Shown here in pieces: positions 1-13,050 of a stretch of 64,000 bases of DNA. The translations under genes were made by a program, and so were the position numbers. Every line of letters starts with the position of its first letter. The first letter of the stretch is position 1. This stretch comes from Haliotis rufescens (taxonomy: Eukaryota): assembly GCF_023055435.1 (NCBI RefSeq), contig NW_025964223.1, positions 17,546,001 to 17,610,000 on the forward strand. The letters run 5' to 3'. Under the pieces are notes generated by a model that had not been told where the DNA came from, did no database searches, and worked only from the letters and a program-made list of their open reading frames with translations.

Positions 1-1183
1 CAACACCTTCACCTGCAGCACCAACCTACAGCTCTTCCCATTCCCCCTGGGGCACTCACCCTTCCCTTCCCTCACACCTCCCAGCTACAGGACTTCCCCA
101 GAACTATTACTACCCACAAGCCCCCAACATCATCCCTGCCCACTCACAGCCGACCAAGTCTGCCTACCTCCCTAGGCACTTCAGCCATGGGGCTCCTGTA
201 CCGTATCACTACGCCGGCCCCTACAATCCAGTGATGTCCCGAGGGGATCTTGGACAGCCCCTAGACATGACAGTCTGCAGGAACATCAGACCACCATCTG
301 AAGTCCCTGGCAAGGTGTACTGTGAGCTGACCACACCGGCCCAGAGGAGCACAGGGGATGTGTCCACTCACTGCATCCATGACTGGTCATCACGAGCCAC
401 AACGGGCTACCAGAGTCACTGGTCAGATGGTTTCAGATTGGATGCAACTGCTTGCCACCCCACCGAAGGTCCTGGCCGGACCATGTCCTACATGGGTCCT
501 GCTATGTACAGTGAGAGATCAGTCCCCACCAGCCACACCTCAGCCACTGCCCCGGGAACCTCTACCAAGCTCGGTGAGTGGACAGACATGAGTAGGTGCT
601 GAGTGTGTGTTTCGTTAAACACTGCTTTATCTTGTATTGTGGCCACTTAGATATTGCTAAGACTGTCTCATAACGATGTACTCCCTCAAAATTTCAAACA
701 GAACAGTTTTATCTCCTTATTCATCTACAAGTATATCATTACAAAATTTGAAAAAATATTATCACACCATCGTGTCCTAGAAAATGAACCCATCTGAAAG
801 CTTGTCATACAGCGTTACTTAGAAATTGGCACGAGTCATGTAGTCCTTGCCAACTGCCCAATAGTTAAGGTACCATAAGGACAAGCAGAAATTTGCCATT
901 TTTATGGGTTTTAGTATATGTTAACATTATAAGGACTAGTAGACTAAAACAGCTAGTTTCTAGTCATATATTTCATAAATTCTTGTACTGTATCATTATA
1001 TAGTGATGGATGTGGATGTCTTTTCGCTCACAAGCAATATCAGTCCACTTTATCATTATTTCAGATACCAGTAAACCAGACCTGGTGTGGATCCCCTGTG
1101 AGCCCGAGTTTGCTCGGAAGATGGGATGGCCTCTAGATCCCAGCATGCAACATCACACTACAAACCCCAGCACCCAGTCCTAG
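1..1183 (+). CDS. 3' end (last two exons) of an unidentified Pro/Ser/His/Tyr-rich protein gene, 5'-partial
   Basis: Frame 3 is open from base 3 to a G|GTGAGT donor (exon ends 573, phase 1). Acceptor ttatttcag at 1064; exon 1065-1183 continues in frame (DTSKPDLVWIPCEPEFARKMGWPLDPSMQHHTTNPSTQS*). AATAAA at 1372-1377. No recognisable domain. Confidence 0.7.
815..985. repeat. Dispersed repeat, unclassified
   Basis: TTAGAAATTGGCAC(G/T)AGTC...GAAATTTGCCATTTTTA is shared with about 39205-39360. Confidence 0.65.
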
Positions 1184-2147
1184 AGATGACACACACCCAT
1201 GTGATGCCAATGCTAGGGTTTTCTTTGACACTCAAACTTGAGAAGACAAAGCCATCTCTCTGGTTTAAACAGAATGAAAGAAATGTAAAATATGCGTATC
1301 GTCCTTGTAAGTAGTTCTCAGATCTTCATTATTGATCTAATTTATGATGTGCAGCAAGAAATTGCCATTAAAATAAAACAAATTCAAGTGTGGATGTATG
1401 TTTTAGCTGATATGCTTGTAAAGACAGTTCATAGTTATATCAGCTGACCTGAAAAACAGATCCTTGACAGTTTCCTAGAATAACCTGCATTGGCATCAGT
1501 GAATAGTCACTGCCTTAATATGAGGTGTACTCAGAACCAGCAACTTCTCCAAGTCGCGTTGATGTAATCAAGTTGACCTATGAGAGTGCTATTACTCTCC
1601 TACAGAATGTTCTGTGGGAGGCTGATCACACAGACTCACCACAGTTTCCTCCCTTTAAAATACACTATTCCAAGTGAGACTTCTGTAGCCTTTTTCAAAG
1701 AATTCACATGTGTATGAAACACATGGACAAACTACGAGTAGTGAGTTGTGTTTAACGTTGCTTTTGACAGTATTCCAATTATATCAAGGCAAGTCAGCTA
1801 TATAATGTGGGAGGAAAGCCCTATTTGATGCAGGTTCAAGACATTTCCCATTTTGGTGAAACCTATGTGTATGGTGAAACATAATCAGTGCAAACGGGGA
1901 TTTGAACCCATGATCATAGGATTTAGGCATGCTCGAGGGACGCAACTCTGCACAGCATATTAGACGACTGACACACCCATGCCCCAAAATACCAATGAGG
2001 CATCATTAGCCAGTCAATTCCCCATATTCTAAATATAATTTTCTAAAGAAAATTCCAAATTCGTCTCAGGACTAATGAACTAGTGATGACACCTAGCCCT
2101 GACATGTGAACACAACTTACACTTACACTCAGTCTTCTCAGTTATAA

Positions 2148-2879
2148 CTAAAGTACTCATGGAAATAAAAAAACAACTGTTTTGCTGGATTTAATAATCG
2201 ACACAAAGCATTACGTAGATGTAAATACGAAATAACAAAACAACTGGAAAAGTACTAGTCTGGATTTGCTGGTTTTATCTCAGCGCTCAATACAAAATGT
2301 ACTTTACAGGAGGTAATTTGTAGGCACTTTCAACATTCAAAAATAAAACTAAGTCCAAATTGACCTCGCAGTAACAGGCTATAGACATTATGCAAATTAG
2401 CCTGGAAAAAAAGTTATCAAAACAACAATAAAAATAACAGCTATGTTTATGTACATAATAATAATGACATGTAAGTTGTTGTTTGAGAAGGGATTATGTT
2501 ACTTTTACGTTCTGATATTTTGACGATTATTCACTATCCCACAATGCCACTCACAAATCACTAACCACTGACAAATCACATGCACGTGGGTTTCAAGCAC
2601 CTGTTTTCACCTGTCGTCAAGGTGTCATAGGTCATGGACATTCACCTTGATCTACTAACACCTGGTTATGCTCAGTTTCACAATAGTCTGTTTTGCTCAT
2701 ATTTTTACACACTTTTATGTGTAAAAAGACATAAAAGCCTTTGATACACTGTATTTGTGCCAAGGCCTAATTAGTACTAATTGAGTTGTTTGAATATTTA
2801 TATATTTTGTATATTAACTGCATTTATTTAAAATCTGAGATCGAAAAAATGTTTTTTTTCATTTCCGTGAGTACTTTAG
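2148..2879. mobile_element. Non-autonomous DNA transposon (MITE) with ~28-bp TIRs
   Basis: CTAAAGTACTCATGGAAATAAAAAAACA at 2148 and its imperfect reverse complement TGTTTTTTTTCATTTCCGTGAGTACTTTAG ending at 2879. Confidence 0.7.
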
Positions 2880-3344
2880 GAGTGCTTTGACTTTCCTCCA
2901 AATGCTTCGACAAAGACCTTTTCCCTGAAGGATGTCTTCAGTTACAGATAGTCCGCTACCCTGCAAGTGTGTAACACTACGAACTAACATCCCCTCTCTG
3001 CCAAATGAAGAACATTACAGTTTTTGTTCAACCCATCAAAATACTTCCCCATATTAGTTGATTACCACAGCCAGCAATATTCCATCTGTTTATGGTAGCC
3101 TGTAGATAATCCAATGTCAACCAAAGAGACCAGTGACTGTAAGCGTGGAAAATGATTCACAGGAGTACAGACAATCAGCCAAGTCAAAAAGCCATATCAC
3201 CCATTCCCTCCCTTTATTGGCTCTTATGACAAGCATTTAGGAGTTTCGTATAACATACAGATGTTTTATTCAGTCTGTTGGTTCAGACTAGTGTTAGGTT
3301 CATGCATGGATCCTCTATAAATACTGTATTCCAGTGTTGTGGCA

Positions 3345-3459
3345 CCAGGGCCCACTTGCACAAAGCGATCTTAGCGCTAAGATGATTTTAACTCCCATGC
3401 TTAAACATAGGCTTACAATAGTCGTAGCGCTAAGATAGCTTTGTGCAAGTGGGCCCTGG
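3345..3459. mobile_element. Short hairpin MITE (~115 bp)
   Basis: CCAGGGCCCACTTGCACAAAGCGATCTTAGCGCTA ... TAGCGCTAAGATAGCTTTGTGCAAGTGGGCCCTGG; related copies at 51509-51622 and about 35873-35982. Confidence 0.75.
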
Positions 3460-3689
3460 AGATGATCCTCACTGGCAGCCCACACAAAGACAGAACAAAC
3501 TGTAACATTCTGATGATTTATTACAATGAAAATGGAAACATTAACAGGACCCAATCAAGTGGACGACTTACTGTTGAGGTGCATCAATGAAACATTAGAC
3601 AATCATATTTTCCAAAATGAAATATCCTAATTACAACATGACTGTCAAAGTGTTATCGGATCTCTCAAATCTGGTACTTGTAACATAAC

Positions 3690-3842
3690 CAGGGATGAGA
3701 ATTTTCCTCCGATTACGTCATGTCAAGGGTCACTTCTGATATACACGCCATTACATTATGCATATAAAATCATATAGTTCCCCAGACTCTGACCAAGTTC
3801 CAGTGCTAATATTGTTTGTCTAAAATCCCATTCTCATCCCTG
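3690..3842. mobile_element. hAT-like MITE
   Basis: TIR CAGGGATGAGAAT / ATTCTCATCCCTG. Confidence 0.55.
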
Positions 3843-4294
3843 TATAACCACCACTGAACCTGGACCAACTGCTGTTTCCATTGCCAAACATTGCTATGTA
3901 TAGTGCAGGGAAATATTTCTTCAAATACTTATTAAATGCATCTAGTGATCTACTGGCTACTGAACGCAGGCCAGGACACACAACCTGTAAGTGAACCAGA
4001 CTCCCTGGTCACAGATGTCCATCTACACAGCATCTCATGCAGAGATCTCAAGACAATCCTCCAGGACGTCAAGTATGTCTTCTCCGATTGGAGACTGCTG
4101 GGCTTGTTGGCTACTTGTATATACACAATGATAAAATCAAGAGTCATTCCTTGCATGCTCCACTGGAGCTGAAGTTGAGCAAGGTGACACCACTGTTCCT
4201 GGTCACTGTCAGAGATGGCCAAGTTCCGGTCAGTCAGTAAACCAACAGTGTCCACACACATCAAAGCTCATCACATCTCTCACTGCCCCCTGTG

Positions 4295-7200
4295 TTAGTC
4301 ACCTCCCTGGCAGAGAAAATAACAAGAGTTTGATTTTGAAATAACTTCCAAGAAGACTGCAGCTTCTTTGGGAAGAATCGTTTCATATAACATGTCCTGA
4401 ATAGGCCCACCTTATTTTTTTCATAATTAAGTCATCATTTCACACAAGAAATATAAACCAGTTTCGATTTCAAAAGACAAGGTCATGAAGATAATTCATA
4501 TCCAGTTAGTCTACTCATGATCTTTTCATAAGCCCCAGGACAATGGACAAATATATTTCTTCTTAATTGGTCTGTTGTCATTGAAACAGGTAATGACAAA
4601 AAAACATCCTACCTCTTTCCCTTTCCGTAGCTTCACCTCCAGCCTGGAACATCAACATCATCAACATTAGTACAGAAGATTATTTCACATGATGCATTCA
4701 ACAAACGCTAATCTCAAGGCTGACTGACTCCTTGATTTTGCCAACACACTTACAATTATATAATGGGGATTCATGGGCAGAACATGTTACATGCTACATC
4801 CGTGTTACATCATACAGCACTGATACATGCTACATCTGTTACATCATACAGCACTGATACAGCTGTTTCATCACACCTGTGTCTGGCCTTGTTCTTGCTC
4901 TTCTTGTGTCGGACAGCGTTGGCCTTCAGCACCTTGCCGGAGTGGTTGGTCTGGGGAGGGATGTGGTTGCCATTGCTGCTGGCATTACTGGATTGGCTGT
5001 TGCCATTGGCAGCTGCGGCGGCTAAAGTGGAGTTGGGTGTGTTGGCGCTATTCTGATTGTTCTGGGAGTCAGGGCTGGGCGGCTCTCCTGTAATATCACA
5101 ATATCAGTCCTATTGGTCATGTAATAAATACATAACAATGAATCAGTTCACACAGTGAATTATGTTACTACATTGTACAACTAGTCCTGATTTCTACTTT
5201 GAATTCATATTGATAATTGGTCTATCTAATTCTGATAACAATTATTCATATAACATTACATGATTGAGATAGCTGAGGTAGGCATAACCTCATTAGAATT
5301 ATTAATAAGAGAAAAGATATGAACAAAGATACATCAATGTCAACTTCCTCATCATGATGCTAACAGGTTGATTACAACTCTGATGGACATGTTCATTGAA
5401 ATTACAACACAAAAGTATATACAAGAAACCTATTCATTTTCATAATCATTGTGGTCATTACTGGACAGACCTAATTATGACAGTAATGGGCGGATTGCTT
5501 ACGTTTCTCCTGCTGGTCGGCTACACCACTCACAGCCTGAAAAACAAGAAAGCTTATCAGGTTATGCAAAATATATAGTGAGTGAGTTGGGTTTAACGCC
5601 GCTTTTAACAGTATTCCAGTTGCATCACAGCGTGTCAGCTTAATGAGGGAGGAAAGCCCAAAGTGATGCAGGTCTCAGACGTTTACCACTTCGGTGAAAC
5701 CCACGAGCACGGGTATGGTGCTGACAAACCTAGAAACATAATTGGGGCGAACCGGGATTCAAACCCACAATCATAGGTTTCTGGTGTGCCCAAGGGACGC
5801 AACTCTGCACAGCGAATCGCGGCGCCTTAGACAACTGGGCCACCCATGCCCCCTGATAAAATATATAACTATCACCCAGTTAATTATGAGTTACATACAA
5901 ATACGCATGAACATTTTCAAAACAGAATAGCATAACTGTGTAATTACCCAATGTATATTTCAAACTTACGTATATGTATCTCTTTACAGATACGTATTTA
6001 CTGATCAAGTGCAGACATCACACATACAAGAATTCTACCGTAGTCAATAATGTCTAACACTATGTCTCGCTTATTTTTAATAAGACATGAATAATGCTCT
6101 TGTTAGTTTATGCTGCGTGATGTTAGACTTTCGGGGCCGCAAACAAACAGATACAAACCAGAAATCACCCAAAACAGTATTTCAAGCAGTCTCGTTTTTA
6201 ATAAAATGTCTACTAATAGGTGTAAAATTTCACAATAGACTGGACCCAAGGGAGTAAAAATATATTGTTTTTTGTTTGTTTGTTGTTTAATGCCAAACTC
6301 AGCGATATTTCATTTATCTGATGGCAGTCTATAACTAATTGAGTCTGGACCAGACAATCCAGTGATGGACATCATGAGCATAGAATATTGAACACCCAAA
6401 GTAAACTATCAATACCAAATGTGAATGATAACATTAGTAAATTCTCAATAGCTACAAATGTTATCTGCACCCTGTTTTCAATGATATAACATTCTACTGT
6501 ACATACATATGACAGTTACAGGGGCATGGGTGGACCAGTCATCTAAGACAAAGTAGACACACAATTCATGGATAACAACTTCTTTAATACTGTAAAGGCA
6601 ATGTTTCGGTATAGATCCTGATACCGTTGTCAAGCAGGACTGAATGCAGAACATTGTACAGAATATATATAGTAGGTGGATATGTTAACTTAGTAGCTTC
6701 CTGACAGTCACGTGGGCATGGGTGGACCAGTCATCTTAGGCGCCGCAATTCCCTGTACAGAGTTGCGTTCTTTGGTTATGCCAGAAACTTATGATTGTGG
6801 GTTCAAATTTTGGTTCACCCTGATTATGTTACTAGGATTGTCAGCACCATACCCATGCTTGTGGGTTCACCAAAGTGGAAAACATCTCAGAACGGCATCA
6901 CTTCAGGCTGACAGCCGTGACAACTGGAATACTGTTCAAGGAGACACTAAACTAAACTCATTCCTGCCTGTTACACATGACCAACAACAATCCAACATGG
7001 AGTTCATCTGTCAGTTGTAGACAATGGCAAATGAGTAAGCTTCAAACACCATCAAATCTCTCTTCACTATACTAAGTGTATTTCACACAACAAAGACTCA
7101 CTGCTGCAGAAGTAACGGACGACTTGGAAAACAACCGGTCTGCCTCCTTAAACTTGCGATTCCTCTTGTCTGCCTTACTGTTAGTATTGCGGCTGAAACA

Positions 7201-10035
7201 CAAAACATGTAATCTCAGTACCTCCTCAAGGATGAGGTCTTACAAGGTAAAAGTGAAAAAAACCTAAGACTCATTAGAGGTCATTACGAAGAAACAAGTA
7301 ACGTCCAACATGTCCAAAACAAAGGTAACTATCTGTGATTGATTTATGAAGGAAGTACTGAGACAGTGTTCCTACTTGGTGTTGGAGAGGTATCGGTCCC
7401 AGCCACGGATTATGTTGCCATACAACTGTGTGTCCTCCAGGTAACTCCCTTCAAATGCGTAGATCTGACGTTCTAGGTTTGCTAGTGTATCCTGCAACAT
7501 TCAATATTCAACTTTCAGTACAACATACAACAATCAGCAACAGTGAAACAATAATGAAACATTCAGCATTGTGCAATAGCCATATATAGTGTCCCGTACT
7601 GTTCATGTCAGGTCTCAAAGATATCTCTTCTTTCTGGGAGCAATGTGGCTTTATTAGGACTCCATCAGACTATTAAATAAAATATCAGAGATTAATACTA
7701 AAAGGAGTGACTGAGTTAGGTTTAACATGTTTGTTGCAAGTTTTGGAAATTCAATACTTCCGTAAAACTTAATCAAAATATATTACAATACAATATCTTT
7801 GTCAAAAAACAGACATACACAGCCCTAGCTGCCACCTCTCCAGAATCTTTGAATCAGTGTCAAAAGAAAGAGATGGATACCACAGGCAGATGACAGAAAG
7901 CACTTTAATATGACTTATTTTTCTTCAACTATTTAGTGACACAACACTATAGCCATGATAGCCAATATGTATGCTTCTGATATCATTTTAGTAAAATCTA
8001 AATATTTTTTACATTTGTATACTTATCCTGCATTACTCCTTAATGCGTAGTAATGCAGGATAAGTAAAAAATTTAGTAAAATCTAAATATTTTTTACATT
8101 TGTATACTTATCCTGCATTACTACGCATTAAGGAGTAATGCAGGATAAGTAAAAAATAAGGTTACTTTAAAATATCGTAATCAGGCTTTCCTACCACATG
8201 AAGCCGACACACTGTGATGACAGTAATACTGTTCAAAGTAACATTTAACATGCAAGGGTCTGAAACTGAAAGAGTGAGTTGGGTTTTACGCCCTTTTAGC
8301 AATATTCCAGCAATATCACGGCGGGGGACACAAGAAATGGGCTTCACACATTGTACAATTGTCAGAAATCGAACCCGGGTCTTTTGGCATGACGAGCAAA
8401 CGCTTGAACCACTAGGCTACCCAACCGCCCTGGTCTGAGGCTGAGAAACCTAGGACTATGCTCGGTGATCAACATGATCAAGGTGACAACACAACATTTG
8501 ACAGTAAGTTTGTACAGTCCAGTTCTCACTGATCAGTCTTATCATTTTCTTGTCAAATGGTTCAATAGCTTCAAACACTTACCCAATATTATTGTTGTTT
8601 ATCAATAACATAACATTAATCATGTTAATAATCTTTCAACCTTGCATACTACATGTACTAGTTACTGCGGCACCCTACTGACGTTTTGGTTTCAAAAAGG
8701 TAAACAATTAGAGCTGTGTACTGGTGTATTGCAAAAACAATTGTATTGCAATATATTGTGATACAGGTATCTGTATTGCGCTACGTATTGTGATAAACTG
8801 GGAGCTAAAGAGTTTGACAGTGATCAACACTGATTATATTTGCAGACCCTGTTTTCTACATACCAAAGTAAATATTTAAGGGTGCCCGTTACTACTGGTA
8901 CCGGCTATATTGGTAAATTGAGGCTCATTCTTTCTTACGTGTCACAACATCCTTTTTTTAAGCTACACATATCAGGTGATTTCAAATACCAATTCTTCAT
9001 CAAGAGTTTGATGGTATACACTTGCCAAATCCCTTCAAAATGTTTTCCGTAATTCCTAAATGCACGTTCGTGAAGAAAGACGTTAATTCTCAGTTACCTG
9101 CTTTATGTGCATTAGCATCATTTCGTACAATTCCTTCAACATCCGGGGCACAATCTTACCCAGTCCATTGAACAAGTTATATGTCTTTCATTTTTGAAAA
9201 GTCTACACATATAAATCAACACGTCATGAAATGGTTAACTTTCATTGAGAAAATATCCTAAAATGTGAAAAACTAATTCCATTTGTGTATTTTTCCTTTT
9301 TTTCACATTGGTTGTATGGCTCCATATGCTGTCATCAAAGCTATACAGAGAGCTTGCGACACAGTCACTTGATGCATAAATATATAAATTGTCATGCTCC
9401 TAACTCATGCAGTAAGATATCTATATAACTATGCAAAACATGTAAAGTGCACTGAAAGGCTTGCATAAGGCCAGTCTGCTCTGATAATGCTGATTCCAGA
9501 ATAAGCATGTTTGTTTAAAAACGACAAATGTCTGGTCATGTGATATGCAAATTTGGAAAGATAATGGTTTCATGCAGAAATATTTCCACTCTGACATCTT
9601 AACTCATATTATGGTTAAAATGTCTAGCCTAATAATGATTATTTACTAATTTCGACTGGGACTTGCAAAACTATTATGAGAGTTATCATGTCCCATGGTC
9701 ATTACTAGTTGTTAAGTCGTCAGTTACATGCCAAATGATTAACCATAAGTACATGGAAAGGCAACAGTACCATCAAATAACAGTTTTTACGCAAATTGTA
9801 GGCTTCAGAGTGAATATTGTTTTCTCTGTCAAAATCTGTCACTGAGTGATGTTGCCGTGTACACATTTCCATCAGAAAAAAACTGATCCGTGGACTTTGT
9901 ATCGTGCACATGAATAGAAACATTAATCTAGTCTACAACACAAAAGTTCCTCACAGCAATTTCTGCCCGGCGTCGCACTAACTCGACTAATTCCGCACGG
10001 GTATCTATTGGGTGAGTATTCTTCATGGCGGCCAT
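4295..10035 (-). CDS. MEAF6: Chromatin modification-related protein MEAF6/Eaf6 (NuA4/Tip60, MOZ/MORF, HBO1 subunit), 7 exons, 191 aa
   Basis: Exons 10035-9955, 7491-7376, 7192-7102, 5536-5503, 5087-4877, 4643-4613, 4306-4295; all GT-AG, phases consistent, 576 nt. Translation includes [52 protein letters not shown] and [21 protein letters not shown], the Eaf6 signature. Confidence 0.96.
5578..5853 (-). mobile_element. SINE family A copy (MEAF6 intron 3)
   Basis: Near-identical to 11746-12021; flanked by AAAATATATA on both sides. More diverged copies lie at 1736-1985 (-), 6712-6962 (+) and about 17300-17545 (+). Confidence 0.88.
7987..8156. repeat. Tandem 2 x 85-bp unit, each with an 18-bp perfect inverted repeat
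   Basis: TACTTATCCTGCATTACT-(11 nt)-AGTAATGCAGGATAAGTA at 8020-8066 and 8105-8151. Confidence 0.95.
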
Positions 10036-10895
10036 TTTTAGACTAGTTTGACAAGAGGAAGCTCCCGACAGCGATAATATTGCCCCATTCTCGAAACCCA
10101 CTGCGGATAGCACGCGCTGAGGGGAGCTTGATTCCAAGAGCGCGCATTCGTCACCGTTTCCGGGTCGGACCGGATTGCGATTGCAGCTTTTCGAGGTAGC
10201 GGAATTGGCCGAGCATGGCTGAGTACCTCAAGTCTCACGGAAAGAAGCGAATGGGGACGAATCAGCCGATCGAGTAATTTTCAACAAAATCAACACCAGG
10301 AAGTTATTTTATTTATAGACACCTGGTTTTCAAGGGTATTTTAACGGAATAGACTTGGCTAATTTTTCGAGACAGGGCGAAAAAACTGGATCGATGATTC
10401 GCTTATATAGGATATGGACTCTTACAGACTACAACTGGGAAAACATTTTTTAACCTGTTGGGACTTTTATTAGAAGCCAAGTTTAAGATATAAAAAGACA
10501 AAACAAAAGCACAACAGAAACCAATTAAACACGCCATTTCAGGGATACATTTGTCGTATAGTTTCTGAAGTATATTTAACTCAAAGTAAAAATTAATCCG
10601 AGAGAATTCTGACAGATTTCCTGTATGTACTAGCTACATAGTTTTAATGACCCACTGTGCTGCTCCCGAGTGGAATACGAATATAATGTATATATTTATT
10701 TCTTCAGTTTTTGTTTCTTCCATCGAACATTATTACACCTTAGGACAATACTTGGTATTAATTTATGTTTCACTTTCTTAGAAGATGGAATTATAACAAC
10801 GATTAGATGAACAAGTCTCGACTTGCAGTGGAATGTGGACATATAATTAAGCGAGATGTCATCGATCTGGGTTGGGGCGGCGACTTGGAGGAAAA

Positions 10896-11154
10896 CCCGT
10901 GAAGATCCGGGGTAGAATAGGTTTTCACCAATCCATGCTTGCCGTAACAGGCGACTGTGTATGTCGTAAGAGGCGACTAACGGGGTCGGGTGGTCAGGCT
11001 CGCTGACTTCGTTGATGCATGTCATCGATCCCAATTGCGTGGATCGATGCTCATGATATCAATCACTGGATGGTCTGGTCCAGACTCGATTATTTACAGA
11101 TCACTGTCATATAGCTGGAATATTGCTGAGTGCGGCGTTAAACAACAAACAAAC
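10896..11154 (+). mobile_element. SINE-like family C (non-tRNA structured head, (CAAA)n tail), full-length
   Basis: CCCGTGAAGATCCGGGGTAGAATAGG...GCTGAGTGCGGCGTTAAACAACAAAC; TSD TGGAGGAAA. Other copies: 6267-6385, 12147-12360, 19630-19895, 20993-21228, 21781-21960, 23866-24118, 34925-35189, 37383-37640, 40299-40528, 50885-51127, 58053-58293. Confidence 0.88.
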
Positions 11155-11745
11155 TGGAGGAAATGCGGAATATGGTGGAAATATAGTGACAAACGAAGAA
11201 TCAATAGAATCTGAAGACAATGATATCAGCGCTGTGTGGAAATAGTGAAAAAAACTACCAATGAATAAAACTTAAACTTGCTTGACCATCAGTAGCCGGT
11301 TTCGCCAGATAAATTCGGTGACGTTTGCTGAGGCGCAGTTTTAGCCAGCACCCGGATGTTGCCGTCATTACTAAAAAAAACACAAACAACATGTTTGATT
11401 TTCCTGTTTGCTTTAAGGAATTAACTACATTAGGACGAGTTCCATGATCGTAAACGTGACCGGTATCTGTGGCAAGATATAACGCATGTTCACATTATCA
11501 AATCAACCCGCCAACTGTTGATACTTTTGTAAGGGCAATGTCGACCTTGCAATTTGTAAACCAGTGTCTAATTATTTAAATTCTTACATCTATCATGAAT
11601 TATCGCCAAGAGGCTTAAATTATACTGAAGTAAACGTGTCATCTTCCGGGTTTGGAGTGATATACATAGAAGACACATGTGCACGTCCGCACCGCCACTC
11701 CGCTATGCATGGTTGCTGCTGTCATCCGCAATGATAGACAGTATA

Positions 11746-12021
11746 GTGAGTGAGTTGGGTTTAACGCCGCTTTTAACAGTATTCCAGTTATATCGCGGCG
11801 TGTCAGCTTAATGTGGGAGGAAAGCCCGAAGTGATGTAGGTCTCAGACGTTTACCACTTCGGTGAAACCCACGAGCACGGGTATGGTGCTGACAAACCTA
11901 GAAACATAATCGGGGCGAACCAGGATTCGAACCCACAATCATAGGTTTCTGGCGTGCCCAAAGGACGCAACTCTGCACAGCGAATCGCGGCGCCTTAGAC
12001 GACTGGGCCACCCGTGCCCCC
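11746..12021 (-). mobile_element. SINE family A (tRNA-derived head, (TCAC)n tail), full-length copy
   Basis: Minus-strand head GGGGCACGGGTGGCCCAGTCGTCTAAGGCG...GGTTCGAATCC has A/B-box-like motifs. TSD ATAGACAGTATA at 11734-11745 and 12023-12034. Confidence 0.9.
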
Positions 12022-12539
12022 TATAGACAGTATAAGTTACATAGGGTTTGCCCGGACCATGGACATGGATATTATTTCACATCATTCTTATTTCAACAAC
12101 ACCCATCTCAGTTCATAATAGAATTAATACATATTGGTAGTATGTCTCCGTAAAAGGCGACTAAGCTTGTCGTAAGAGGCGACTAACGGGATCGGGTGGT
12201 CGCTGACTTGGTTGATGCATGTCATCGATCCCAACTGCGTGGATCGCTGCTCATGATATTAATCACTGGTTTGTCTGGTCCAGACTGGATTATTTACAGA
12301 CCGCTGTCATATAGCTGGAATATTCCTGAGTGTGGCGTTAAACAACAAACCAACCAACCGTTTGATGCAAGATCATAGGAGCGAACCATCATCTACTATA
12401 CGACAGATGAAGAAGTAAGCATATACTCCGAAATTATGTTCCTCATAATAAAGAAGTTGACATCCATATATTCTCTTCCTTATGTGTATCACTTCTAAAT
12501 GCCTTTCAAAGAACTGATAAAAACTTTGTTCCAATTGTT

Positions 12540-13050
12540 AAGAAGACAATTAATGGTATTCTAGATCAATGTGAAGACAAGATTCAAGTTCAAAATAAGA
12601 GATTATTAACAATTGGTGACCAATTACTTTGGGAAATGATACTTTTAAATATTATTCTCATCAACACGTAAAAATGAAAATATAGCTTTAGAATCCTGAT
12701 AAGAACAATACTTAAAACGGCTTGAAAATAAGTTTGGAGAACAAAATACAGAGAGAGATGGGGGAATTAATGGAAAATTAAAGGCAGCTAAACAAGAAAT
12801 GGAAAATATGCATAGAATAAGCTCTTTTATAAGATCAAAAGCTCAATGGATAGACCAAGGGGAAAAAAACCCTCAAAATTGTTTTCTACAACTAGATTGT
12901 AGAAGCTTTTTAAACAAATCCATAGCATTACTTGAAAAGGGAGATGGGACACAAACAAACAAACAAACAAACAAACAAGATGAACTAATTCAAGAACTAA
13001 GATATTGCTATCAAAGACTGCAAATTGCACCCAAATTGATTTAGAAAACC
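12540..13050 (+). pseudogene. Decayed L1/Tx1-type LINE ORF2 fragment
   Basis: FIRSKAQWIDQGEKNPQNCFLQLD resembles the RS(R/K)xxW..GEK..YF motif that follows the endonuclease in L1/Tx1 ORF2. A-rich, with frameshifts and an (ACAA)n insertion. Confidence 0.6.

Noticed and set aside
4763-5093. + strand hydrophobic and Cys-rich ORFs
   Set aside because: Antisense shadows of MEAF6 exon 5.
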